From: Azolla caroliniana
Lineage: Eukaryota > Plantae > Polypodiophyta
Assembly: GCA_043228905.1 (NCBI GenBank)
Contig: JBHGNT010000017.1
Location: 15,004,001 to 15,068,000, forward strand
Direction: 5' to 3'
Length of the DNA stretch: 64,000 nt
How positions within the stretch are numbered: position 1 is the first letter of the stretch; each line of letters opens with the position of its first letter. The notes beneath the pieces are model-generated. The model saw nothing but the letters and a program-made list of their open reading frames with translations, did not search any database and was not told where the DNA came from. The position numbers and the translations under genes are program-made. Below are positions 50,283 to 61,904 of the stretch, in pieces.

Positions 50283-53200
50283 GTGAACATCGAGGAGAGC
50301 GAGATGGTCCAGATCTGTCTCGGAGGTTTGGCGTCGAAGTTCGGAGCGTTCCGAACGGCTGTGTGTACCCGGGAGAATACGACGTCCTTTTTCGACTTAC
50401 AGTCGATGCTCCTGGTAGAGGAGAACCACGCGGGTGCGTCGACGAGCACGCACACCAACAGCAAGATGTTGTCAACGGAGGGAGAAAGGCCCCATGGTCA
50501 TGGCGGACAAGGTGAGTCGGCGCGCAATGGAGGCGGCCGACGTGATCAAGGAAGAAGGCACCGAAGTGATGCCGACAGCAACTCCAGACCCTCTGGAAAC
50601 AGGGGGAGTCGAAGCGATGAGAACCGGCAAGGGAAGGCCATCGCGGAGTGCTGGTATTGTGGCAAGAAAGGCCACAGGGAAAGTGAGTGGTGGAAGAAGC
50701 GCGCCGATTCGGAGAGAACTGGTTCCGGGAACGGCTCCAGACATATCGACAAGGGAAATCTTCAGCGATCGCACTACGCTGAAGACTCCGGGAGAGCCGG
50801 AGAAGGGTCTGTCTTCGTGACGAGACACGAAGCAAACTCAATGAAGCAGAGCACCCCGAGATCGGACGAGGTGTGGTACATAGACTCCGGCGCGTCAAAC
50901 CACATGACGAGCCATAAGGAGTGGTTCTCGTACCTTGAAAAACCGATACAACCTGGAGTAGTCGCAATAGGAGACGACACTCCGCATCCGATCGCGAATG
51001 TCGGAGAAGTTCCCCTTAGCCATGTCGGGCAGAAAGGGAAACTCAAGAACGTGCTGCACGTTCCGACAATCACGAAGAACTTGGTCTCGGTCGGACAGAT
51101 CGTCGACCAAGGGATGGAGGTTCGGTTTACACACCTCGGGTGCTTCATTAAGGAAGAAGGCCATGTGATTGCGCAAGGGCGCAGAGACGGGAGGATGTTC
51201 ATCCTCGACTCCACTGACGGTGGCACCGCAATGTTCGCGAAGGGACAAAAGACCGAGTCGGACATCGACTTGTGGCACAAGCGGATAGGCCACGTCAACC
51301 ACCAACGGCTTCAAGATCTGCAATCGAAACAGGTAGTGTTCGGATTGCCCAAGTTTAGTGGCCGAAAGGCACAAATTGTGAAGCCTGCCAGCTCGGGAAG
51401 CAACACCGACTTCCTTTCCCCAACGAGCGAAACCGGAGCTGGAACAAGCTCGACCTTATACACTCGGATGTGTGGGGGCCGGCACAAAACGTTAGTCTTG
51501 GCGGGAGCCGATATTTTGTCTCCTTCATTGACGACCACACACGGCACACATGGATCTACCTCATTGAGAGGAAGAGCGAAGTCTTCGACTGTTTCCGGGA
51601 CCTCAAAGGGTTCGTGGAAGCCGAAACGGGACGAAAGATCAAGTGTCTGCGGTCGGATGGCGGGAAAGAGTACTTTTCCAGTCAATTCAACGGTTACCTA
51701 CAACAAATGGGAATTCGGCGCGAATTCAGTTGTAGATACACGCCAAAGCAGAACGGTGTGGCCGAGAGAAAGAATCGGTCAGTTGTGGAAGTGGCACGGG
51801 CAATGCTGGAGGAGAAGAGCTTGCCCAAGTTCTACTGGGCCGAGGCGGTAAGGACCGCGGTATACATCCAGAACCGGATTGGAGACAAAGTGTCGGTGCA
51901 CGAGCTATATTTCGGAACGAAGCCGAACTTGCGACACTTGAGGGTGTTCGGTAGCATTGCGTATGTGCATGTACCGAAGGAGAAAAGGAGGAAGATGGAC
52001 GCAAAGGCCTAGAAGTGCATCTTGGTCGGTTACTCGGACGAGCAGAAGGGTTATAAGTGCTATAACCCTCGCACCAAACAAGCGCGTGTCAGCCGCGACG
52101 TTGTGTTTGACGAGTCCGCGTCCTTGTACCCGCCCTCGACTCGGAACCCCGACTCCAATACGAGCTCTGACGATGAGGTCAGTGAGGCCGAGATGCCTTT
52201 GAATGAGCCCGAAATCGAGACCCGCGAAGAGAGTCCGATTTCACTCCGGTTAAGTGGACCGATTGGACGACTGAGTCGGTACGACCAGTCCGATGAAGAG
52301 CCGGCGAGTAGTGGAGACTCGGCCGTGCATTCCCCGCGCAGGAAGCCGAGGAGACGGCTTACGCGCAAAGAGAAAGGGAAGAAGAAAGTGTCGGATTCCG
52401 GCACGGAAAGGAACGAGTCAGACCGATGCAAGGTGACCTTGAGGAACAGGTGTACATGGTACAGCTCCCCGGATTTCACGCCGGAACGAACTCGGCAGTA
52501 TGCCGACTGAAGAAGTCCCTTTACGGACTGAAGCAAGCCCCGCGTGCCTGGAACGCGCAGATCACGCAACAATTGCGTCGGATGGGCTTCGTCACGTCAA
52601 AATCGGACTCTTCCGTGTTCATCCGGAAAGGTCGACTCGGACCGGTTAGTATATTACTATATGTTGATGACTTGGTCATCACCGGCGCCGACCTCGGTGA
52701 AATCGATCGCGTGAAGCTCCAGCTTGCGGCATCGTTCGACATGAAGGATCTGGGGGACCTTCATTACTTCCTTGGGATCGAAGTGATCCGTACCCCCGAA
52801 GGCATATTGATCAGCCAACGTCATTACGTGCTGAGTATGCTCTTCAAACTCGGGATGGCCGACTGTAAGTCCATCTCGACTCCTCTGGACAGAACCGTCA
52901 AGATTCGTCCCGATACGGGAAAGGTATGCGACCCGAGGAGGTTCCGACAAATTGTCGAAAGCCTTATATACTTGACCATCACCCGACCCGACCTCAGTTA
53001 TCCGGTCGGGGTGGTCAGTGAGTTCATGGCGCGACCTACCGAGGAGCACCTTTAGTGTGCGCAACGCATACTTCGGTATGTCAACGGCACTAAGGACCGA
53101 GGACTGCTATATCAGACCGGTGCAGCCGCGCAGTTAGTCGGCTACACCGATGCTGATTGGGCTGGCAACGCCGCCGATCGCCGATCCACGTCTGGATACG

Positions 53201-54213
53201 CGTTCTCCCTCGGGAGTACCGCGATCGCGTGGAGCAATAAGAAGCAGCCGATAGTTGCACTGTCGAGCATCGAAGCTGAGTACCGAGGAGCGGCTGTCAC
53301 GACATGCGAAGCCATATGGTTGAAGCGGCTACTTAAGGACCTGCAAGAGGAGGTGTCCGATCCAACGACGATCTACTGCGACAACGTCAACAGCATCCAA
53401 CTCGCGAAGAACCCCGTCTTTCACGCACGGACCAAGCACATTGAGGTGCATTACCATTTCGTCCGTGAGCGTGTCCTTTCCGGTGAAGTCGAACTTCAGT
53501 ACGTTTCGACGGATCGGCAGACTGCCAACATCTTCACAAAGCCTCTTGGTCTGGACAAGTTGCGGCAATTCTCAGGTGCGCTCTGGTTGCGTCACCTCGA
53601 CGTGCTGAACTTGAGGGGGAGAACAGTCCCGAACGACCAAGCAAGGCAGCAAGGAAGGAGCGGTGACCATGACACCGAGTCGGTTGACTCGGTTGTTGAC
53701 TCGGTTGAAGACGGATCGGCTGAAGAAGCCGAGGGCGACTTCGGATCGGCTGAAGAAGCCAAGGGCGACTTCGGATCGGCTGAAGAAGCCGAGGGCGGAC
53801 CCGCGGAAAAGTTCGGAAGAGGACAGAAGGGAAGCAACCGAAGGAGAGAGCCGAAGCCAACCACGCATGGGGAAGATGACACCATCGAGGGCGAGAAGAC
53901 CAAAGACGAGTTGGAGACAACCAACTCAGACGAGAGCGAAAACCGATCGGAGGTAGCCGAGTCGGTTCGGATGTTTGATTCAGACACGTTGAATCAACCG
54001 AGGTCCAAGCGGAAGAAAAGGCAGCAAAAGAAGCGTCAACACCGTAACAATAGAAGAGCTGATGAGGGCCACATGAGCAGACAAGCCGACCGGAAGGGTC
54101 GAAGCGCGCGGAGTCGAACAGGTCGAGGAGCGCGAGCGAGGCGAGAAGCCAGGAGGAACCGGTGCTGTGAAGATCCCGAAGAGCCTCAAGTTGAGCTTGA
54201 GGGGGAGTGTTGA
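50283..54213 (+). pseudogene. Copia E gag-pol (copia B family), 5'-truncated, RT N-terminus deleted
   Basis: CWYCGKKGH, WYIDSGASNHM, LWHKRIGH, LRSDGGKEY, QNGVAERKNR, QGDLEEQVYM, LLYVDDL, KNPVFHARTKHIEVHYHFVRE. Confidence 0.93.
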
Positions 54214-54594
54214 GAGACAAGCTCAACATCGGCCGGATCGGCTGAAGAAGTCGAGGACCGGATCGGTTGGGACCGATCGGTTAGGCCGAGTACATAAACC
54301 GGGAGGTCATTAGGAAAGATATTCCGTGAGGAATATATTTGGGAGTTAGTGTAGGGGCTCTTGATGAGCATTGAAGTACTGTCAGTACTTCGGTCAGTCC
54401 TTCTAGGGCTTGTATAAAAGTGTTCACTGAGCATGTCTTATGTACAGAGATTGAGTATTATTGTTGAATATAGTTTTTTGTGTTTCTCTCTCTGTCTCTC
54501 CCGCGTATACCATGTAAGCCTAAGCTCTCCATTGAACCTGAGTTTCCTTCCTCTGTTCTGTCTTCATACTTGGTTCCGCACGCTACTTTCTACA
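54208..54594 (+). repeat. Copia E 3' LTR
   Basis: Follows PPT GAGGGGGAG; TGTTGAG...TTTCTACA; blocks similar to the copia B LTR. Confidence 0.85.
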
Positions 54595-54720
54595 CATCAT
54601 ATCCGGGACCTCGTAACAGAGAAGAAGCACGAAGTTTGGAAGATCAACACCGAGGTGAACATCGCCGATTGCATGACGAAGCCAATCCTAGAAGAGCACT
54701 GAGGAATATGATGGGACTAC
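54595..54720 (+). pseudogene. Copia RNase H C-terminal remnant (host of copia E; possibly copia A)
   Basis: HHIRDLVTEKKHEVWKINTEVNIADCMTKP. Confidence 0.7.
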
Positions 54721-54810
54721 GATAAGTGTTAGGAATAGTACTGAGACAGAGAGAAAATTAGTACTAAGAGATGAATATTAGTACTAAGAGGAAAAGAGCG
54801 TGTAGAACAC

Positions 54811-54818
54811 TCGAGAGA

Positions 54819-54868
<50 letters not shown>
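54811..54868. repeat. (GA)n microsatellite
   Basis: Direct reading. Confidence 0.95.
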
Positions 54869-54869
<1 letters not shown>

Positions 54870-54872
<3 letters not shown>

Positions 54873-55165
54873 TGATGACAAGGATATATTATGTCAAAAG
54901 AATATACAAGGATGTCTAGGAGGCTTAAGACTAGTGTTGAACCGATTTGGTTCGAAATAATGCCTTGTGCCTCCTTTTGTAGTGTTCTCAGGAGTACTTC
55001 TGAACTTTCTAGAATGTTCCAGAGAAATTTGGAATATACATCAATTTTCTATAGTAAAACTTAAATGAAAATAATATCTTTGGTATTACAACATATATTC
55101 TAATGGTCAAGAGCTCGACTTATGTATCATAAGGTCATGGGTTCGAGTCTTTCCATATCATGACA
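54870..55165 (-). repeat. 3' LTR of a Tcn1-like chromovirus (distal end approximate)
   Basis: Minus strand reads PPT AAAGGGGGGATAG then TGTCATGA; a candidate CA end lies near 54870. Confidence 0.7.
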
Positions 55166-58100
55166 CTATCCCCCCTTTAAAACGACGAGTGTCAGGAGTC
55201 GCTTTGGATTGAGGACTCGGTTTGTCTGGATATTGACGATGGAAGTCTTCAAGAAGAGCACGAGCATTGGTCACATTCTCTATTGGTTCCCAAGTACGCT
55301 CGTTGGGATTATATCCTAGCCAATCGACTAAATAGTAGAGCTTGTTGCGAACAATCTTGGAATCGAGGATGGCCCACCAAGCTTGACGTCGATTTAACAC
55401 ACGAGCATTCTGAAAGTGACCTTGAGCATTTTAAAGAGGTGTTTCCAGAATTTCGAGACGAACTGGGGTTCACGGTCACTGATGATACTATTAGGAAGGC
55501 CATGATGCCGACATACTTCACGCATGACAGTTTTGGCGGTTTCTTCACTGGAGATTTCCTTAGTACATGGCAGGAAATGGGCCATCTTCATATATCAATC
55601 TACTACTCTTAAGATCGTATCGAATCCCTTAGAGACCGAAAGATCTGTGATGAAATCTAGAGCAATGGATTGCCATGGCTTGCTTGGAATTGGTAATGGT
55701 TTTAATAAACCATATGCCAGATGATGCCTTGGCATTTTTGCTCTGAAACATGTATCACAAGTCCGAACAAAAGCTTCGACAAATTGTCGCATATGGGGCC
55801 ACTAGAATGATCATTGTACTAAATCTAATGTTATAGTACTACCAAAATGCCCAACTGTATATATGTGTCATGACAGTTTTGGACTACTCGAAGGCGACAA
55901 GAACCATTAGGAACATATGTCAAGAGTTTCTTAAAGAATAGTAATCCATCATAACATTCAAACCTGGTTATTGTGACTGTGAACAAGATGCTCGAAAGGG
56001 ATCAATTTGTGCTAGAATGGCTTGCGTGAAAGAATCTATCTTCAAGTCCTCACGTATGGTATCAATAACGTAGGAATCCAAGGGCATACCGAAGACCTGC
56101 ATTGCTTGCAATCGTGCCGGTCCCAGGATTCCTTGCTTTTGGTTATCGAAAGTTGGCTGGCCAAGACGCGGTGCTAGATACGAGCACCGTGATAATGCAT
56201 CTGCCTTCCGTTGTTTCTTCCCCGGACGATATGTAATTTTGAAGTCGAAACGAGTGAGGAATTCGGCCCACCAAGCTTGACATCGATTTAACACACGAGC
56301 ATTCTAAAAGTAGGCAAGGTTTTTGTGATCATTCAATACGGTGACTTGATGAGAAGATCCCTCTAGAAAATTCCTACATTGCGTAAAAGAGTCCACTATT
56401 GCTAATAGCTCCTTATCATGAATTTCATAGTTCATTCGGCAGCGTCAAACTTGCATGAGTGGAAAGCCACAGGATGTAGCTTTTCATCATCGCCTTTTTG
56501 TGACAGAATTCTACCTAAGGCGAAATCCGACACGTTTGCTTCAATGATGAATGGTTTTTCAGGATCAACATGAGCTAGAATAGGAGCTGATGTAAATGCC
56601 TTCTTAAGACTCTCAAAAGCCATGTCTGCTTCTTCAGACCAAACGAACAATTGTCCCTTCCTGGTATGTTGTGTGAGAGGCAGAACAAGCTTTGAGTAAT
56701 CCTGTATAAACTTGTGGTAGAAATATGCAAAACCTAAAAAGCATTGCACATCTCGCAATGAACGCGGAGTTTGCCACTCTACCACCATTTTGACCTTAGT
56801 TGGATCCATGGAGATGCCTTTCGAGGAAATGACATAGCCTAGAAATTCTACCCGGTTACACCCGAAACTATATTTTTCCAGCTTTGCATAAAGACCATGT
56901 TCTCAAAGTTGTTTTAGTACTAACAGCACATGAGAATCATGCTCTTCTTGGGTCTTCGAATAAACCAATAGATCATCCAAATAGATGATCAAACAAACAT
57001 CCAAGAGATCTTGGAATATATCATTTGCAATCTGTTGGAAGACTGTTGGCCCATTAGTGAGGCCGAATGGCATGACCATATACTCGAAGTGCCCATATCT
57101 AGTGCGAAACGTGGTCTTCCATATATCTCCTAGTCGAATCCGTACGAGATTATATGCTCCTCGTAAGTCGATCTTTGTGAAGAACCTTGCACCATTGATC
57201 CGTTCTAAAAGACTTGAGATAAGGGGAAGTGCATACCTAATCCTGATGGTGACCTTATTCAAGCCATGGTAATCTACGAAGAGACGAAGTGATCCATCCT
57301 TTTTCTTGACGAAGAAAATGGGTGCGTTGGTTGGAGATTTCGAATGTCAAATGAAACCATTTGCCAAATTCTCCTCTATATAGGCTCGAAGGACTTCTAG
57401 CTCGGTTGGTGAAAAATTGTACATCGGTCCCCATGGTGGTTCTTTTCCTAGTTGTAAATCAATGGGGCAATCATATGGTCGATGGTGAGGAAACGTATTG
57501 GGTTGTACTTTATCAAACACATCGGCATAATGACAATACTTCTTTGGAAGTTGAACGGTGGACTCCTCTTTAGTGGTGTTGGAGGGTTTTACTGATACTG
57601 CGAAGAGAAACTTTTCTTCCTTGTGTCCTTCCTCACGCAACTAATGTAGCGAAATGGTTGCAATCTTATGAGTAGATCCTCGGGTTTGTCAATACTAGAT
57701 TTCTCTTGTTCTCCCATCTATGTTTGGGTTATGTAATTCGAACCATGGTAATCCCAAAACAATGGGATATTCTGGGATACTAATTATATTAAATGTTACT
57801 ACGCACACTAAATTATCTAGGACAATATTAACAGGCTCTAACTCTTCTATGTTATTTCCGGAAGCAATGGGACGACCATCAATGATTACTACAAAGTCTG
57901 GACACTGGAGTTTTCTTAGGGATATCTGATGAGCTTGGGCAAAATTCCTATCCATGAAGCAAGAATTAGCTCCGGAATCTAGGAGTGCTGAGACATGTAC
58001 TGGAGAGGTACTTTTAGTACTAACTGTTACTTGGACTAAGAACACATTGCTAACTTGCTTAGAGGGAATGGAACCACTAATGGGTTGCACAGATCTAGGG

Positions 58101-59077
58101 TTGTCCAACCAAACGGCTCCTATTTTGGTTGGACTTAGTCATTTAACTCTTCTTCTAACTGACTAAGGACATCAAATTTGTTCGATAGATTTGGGCTATT
58201 AGTACTATTAGGACTATCAGATATTCCTACTGAAATAGACTCGGGTTTAGTACAATTAGAACTACCAACTATTTGGTTTACCTGTCTTCTTGGCCTATGG
58301 GGATAGTTCACTGCAATATGCCCTAGTCCACCGCAATAAAGACATAGTCGATTTGCTCGGTGTCGTTGCTTTTCTTCTTCCGATAATGGTCCACGACAAC
58401 GTGTAGTGTCAATTTCCATCGGAGTTGGAGTATTCACTGGAGACACATTATATGACTCCCTTGGAAAAGTTTTTGCTACCATTGAGGCATAGGTGGGCTC
58501 TAATCTTGCCCTTGGCATCCGGAACAAACATTCTGAACGTTGTTCGGAAAGAGGTTGTCGTATCTCACTATGCGACTGATTGCTTCTATCAATGACTTTG
58601 GTTCTTCGGGGAAGGTCAAGAGTAAATCCTTCACATCTTTATGTAGACCATAACGAAATTGCTCCATTAGTGCTTGGTCATCCCAGGATCTGCAACGTAT
58701 GCGGAGGCTAGATGATCACCTTGACATAATCGTCGGATTTTGCTGATTGATGTCCTTATGCTGTCAGTATCTCCAAAACAGGCTTTAAACTCACTTAAAA
58801 AAACTCTTCAAAATTATTTAGTAAAGGAGATTCCTTTTCTAACAAGGATAGAACCATACCAAAGCTGAGCCACTTAACAACGTACCTACTAAACCCACTC
58901 GTGATGCATCGGTAGGATATCGAGAAGGATGCATTTGAATGACTAATCATACCTAATTAAGGAATCCTCTAAACTACGATCACGTTCCATGGAATTTCAT
59001 GGGAAGGACGATCTTGGGTTCTTTATGAATCCCTTGCATACTGGGTCCTTGTTGTTGCTTCGAGTTGTTGCACACGT
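55166..59077 (-). pseudogene. Ty3/gypsy chromovirus (Tcn1-like) gag-pol with chromodomain
   Basis: [86 protein letters not shown]. Confidence 0.92.
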
Positions 59078-59733
59078 TGTCGTGAAGAAAACCGTCCCTT
59101 AGCACAATCGGTGCATAGAGCGCGTGAACCGGCTCTTCACACGTGCGCGCCCTTTAATGTATATAATAGGGAATTAGGTACATAGATATATCCTGGGTAG
59201 TTAGATTCGGTAGGTAGGAAATAAATGAGGGAGACGGCTCCCTTCTGCAAGCCATAAAAGAGAGGGAGACGCGGGGAGAAGGGGGATCGCGCATTGAGGA
59301 GGACGAAGTGCTGTCGGACCGTAACCGAACGCTTCTCCTCTGTTTGTTCTCTATTGCTCTTCTCTGCAGGTTTTCGGGAGGCTCGCGCTGCTTCGAGGAA
59401 CGCCCGTATGCTTCCGGCAGCACCTCCATCCTATCCCCTTTCGTGCGCAGACGAACAGGCATCGGCATCTGTTCGCCGGCCTGTTCGGTTGTAACCGCTC
59501 GCGTGCTCTGTTGTTTTTTTTGGGTGTCATTTGATAATATACAAACATTCGTGTCTCTCTGTCTCTGTGTCCATTCGTGTTTTCCGCGTTGACGGGCCGT
59601 GTCCCTGTGTTTCTTTGCTCATATGTAACCGGTCGTCTCTCTCTTTCTCTTTCCCCTCCTATCACCTGCTCTTCGGTTCAAGACCCCGGTGGTTCCGCCT
59701 CGTTTCTCCACGCACGCGCGTAGTAACGCGACA
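59078..59733 (+). repeat. 5' LTR of a tRNA-Trp-primed gypsy element inserted in the chromovirus gag
   Basis: TGTCGTG...CGCGACA inverted termini, followed by a PBS. Confidence 0.88.
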
Positions 59734-59737
59734 TATT

Positions 59738-59754
59738 TGGTGAACCCGACGTGA
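59738..59754 (+). promoter_or_regulatory. Primer binding site complementary to tRNA-Trp
   Basis: TGGTGAACCCGACGTGA is the reverse complement of the plant cytosolic tRNA-Trp 3' end (..TCACGTCGGGTTCACCA, recalled from memory). Confidence 0.8.
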
Positions 59755-61904
59755 ACAAGGTCGCAGAGGAGCCAAAGATGAGGGGGTCGGATCTTGCAGA
59801 GGCCATGGCTTCGGCCGTGGACCGGATAGTGAGCGCGCGCGAGGGCACCGGCGCCCTTGACAGGGCTATTGAGGCGATCGTTAGTATGATCGGCCGGTTC
59901 AGTGGAAAGGATGCCATGAGTTATTTGGCATCCTACCGGGCGGAGATGTTGATGAGGGATATTCCAGAAGAGAGGCATCTTGCCGGATTCCCTCGAGTGG
60001 CGATGTTGGGCATCCATGCAGAGGTGCTCGAGGTCCGGGCGGAGAGCGGGACCTGGGAGGAGTTCGAAGGACGGCTCCTGGAGAAATACGGGCTGGATGA
60101 CGCGCCTCAACTTTCGAAGCGGGGCTTCATGGAGTGGGTGGAGTCCCCCGACAAAGGGAGAAATGCGTCGGCACTCCTCCGGGAGTTTGAGGATTGCTTT
60201 GCGCGCCTTTCGGCGCTCGATCGGACCGTTCTGGACACAAGTCGTGTCCTACTATTTGTCAAATCAGTTGACGCATGGGATGGGAGCAAGTGGGCTCCTT
60301 ACTGGAAACCGAAGACGGGCTGACGGCCGATCGGGCTGCGGTAAAAAGAGTCTGCGGCTGTTTTGACAAACGGTGGGAGTGGGCTGATACAAGGGTTTAC
60401 TGGGGCGGGTCTTCTCGCAGCAAGGAAGCTCAAACCGATACCGCAGGTGCGACGGGAAGAGACCCGGGAGTGGCTCGAAACCGGTTCGGCTTTGACCAGC
60501 GTGGTCAGAGGCTCGTCCGGGAGGACAACTTTGGAGGAGTTGACACGGGCGGTAAAGGATCTCCAGATCGCCCAGGCTCGGAGGGAAGGTGGCGGACAGG
60601 CCTGTGACCGACGGCCTCCGGCGGGAAATAGGTGCATGTGGTGCGACGAGGTTGGCCACATCCGGAAAGACTGTGGGGACTTTGCGGAGCCTTTGAGAAG
60701 CCAGGTAGTGTACCTGTGGGAAGGTCGGGTGCACGCCAGCGATACCCGGAGGGCCCTGAACCGAAACGACGGGCGAGGAGGAATGAAAAGGTTGATGGAA
60801 GAGGCGGCGGCCTGGCATGCGGAGACCGTCCACTACTCGGCGTCGGCCGGTATTCGGGTCGGTGGCAGCGAGGCCCGGAAGGAGAGCAAAGCCGGGTTCT
60901 ACCCGACGGTGCTAGAATGCCTCGCCGGTGCCCGACTAAAGAAAGACGAGGCGGACTGCGCGGAGAAGCGGGTCCAGGAGGTAACCGGGTGGAGTGACCC
61001 GGTTGAAGAAAAGACGGGTTTCGTCGAAGCAGCTTGCCAGAACTACGAGGCTCTCGTTGAAGACAAACAGGTAGGTAAAACCGGAGGGGCCGGACCCTCA
61101 CAGAGATACGAAACCCGATTCGGGCCGAAACGGAACGAGGCCGGTGAGTCCAGTGCCCGAGATAACCACAAGAAGGGCGGATACCGTTTGGGCATGGAGA
61201 TCGAAAGGACCATGGACCTACGAAAGGTCCTGGAAGAACGAATCCTCGACAGCAAGGTGGAACTGTCGTTGTAGGAGGTGCTCGGAATTGCCAAGAAGGA
61301 GTTCCACGACTCCATCGTGGACTTGGTGAAGAGGAAGAGGCTGTCGACTGAGGCAAAACCGGAAAGGCCGGTGGAGGTGCGGACGACGCACATAGAGGAC
61401 ATGGCGCTGGAAGACGAGTGGGCAGAGAGCCACTATTCGAGGCCACACTGGGCCCGAGCGACCACGGAAACCCCGGTGAAGATCGGAGATGTTCAGGAAC
61501 CGGTGGTTGCGTTGGTGGACCACGGTTCAGAAATAAACCTGATGTCCATGGACTTCTACAAGAAGGGGAAATGGCCGATCAACACCAAGCACGGGTGGAA
61601 GATACGGGCGGCGACGCGCGCCACCGAGGAACTACACGGGGCCTGCCCAAATGTGCGAGTCAAGATCGGCGACGTCGAGATAGACCAGCACTTCTTTGTG
61701 CAGGAGACGTCCTCACACCCGGTCATACTGGGAGAACCGTACATTACGGCAGCACGGATGGATACCAAGGTGCTGGACAACGGGTCGGCTTACGCGAGGG
61801 TCAAGAGTCGGGACGGGCGTCATTCGGTCCAGTTCCTGACGGTGCGACCGAACCACGAGCGAAACCGCGAGTCCCTAGGTGGCGAGAACCGAGAGGATTT
61901 TTAG
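59751..61904 (+). pseudogene. Gypsy gag-protease ORF (local compensating frameshifts, one TAG)
   Basis: RFSGKDAMSYL, CMWCDEVGHIRKDC zinc knuckle, ALVDHGSEINLM..VILG protease. Confidence 0.88.

Noticed and set aside
50280-50292. GAGGTGAACATCG shared with 54652-54664 as a target-site duplication
   Set aside because: Not adjacent to the LTR end and the wrong length for a copia TSD; probably chance or microhomology.
54728-54738. TGTTAGGAATA as the 3' LTR of copia D
   Set aside because: Only 11 bp match 42968; no PPT before it and no further similarity.
55095-55155. Functional tRNA gene
   Set aside because: No acceptor stem and a poor T-stem; kept only as a low-interest tRNA-like relic.
58100-58140. 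Programmed frameshift between chromovirus gag and protease
   Set aside because: Frames differ, but no clear slippery site, and the element has many decay indels.
61272-61274. TAG between gag and protease as a programmed readthrough
   Set aside because: No CARYYA-type context, and CAG>TAG decay is common throughout this window.
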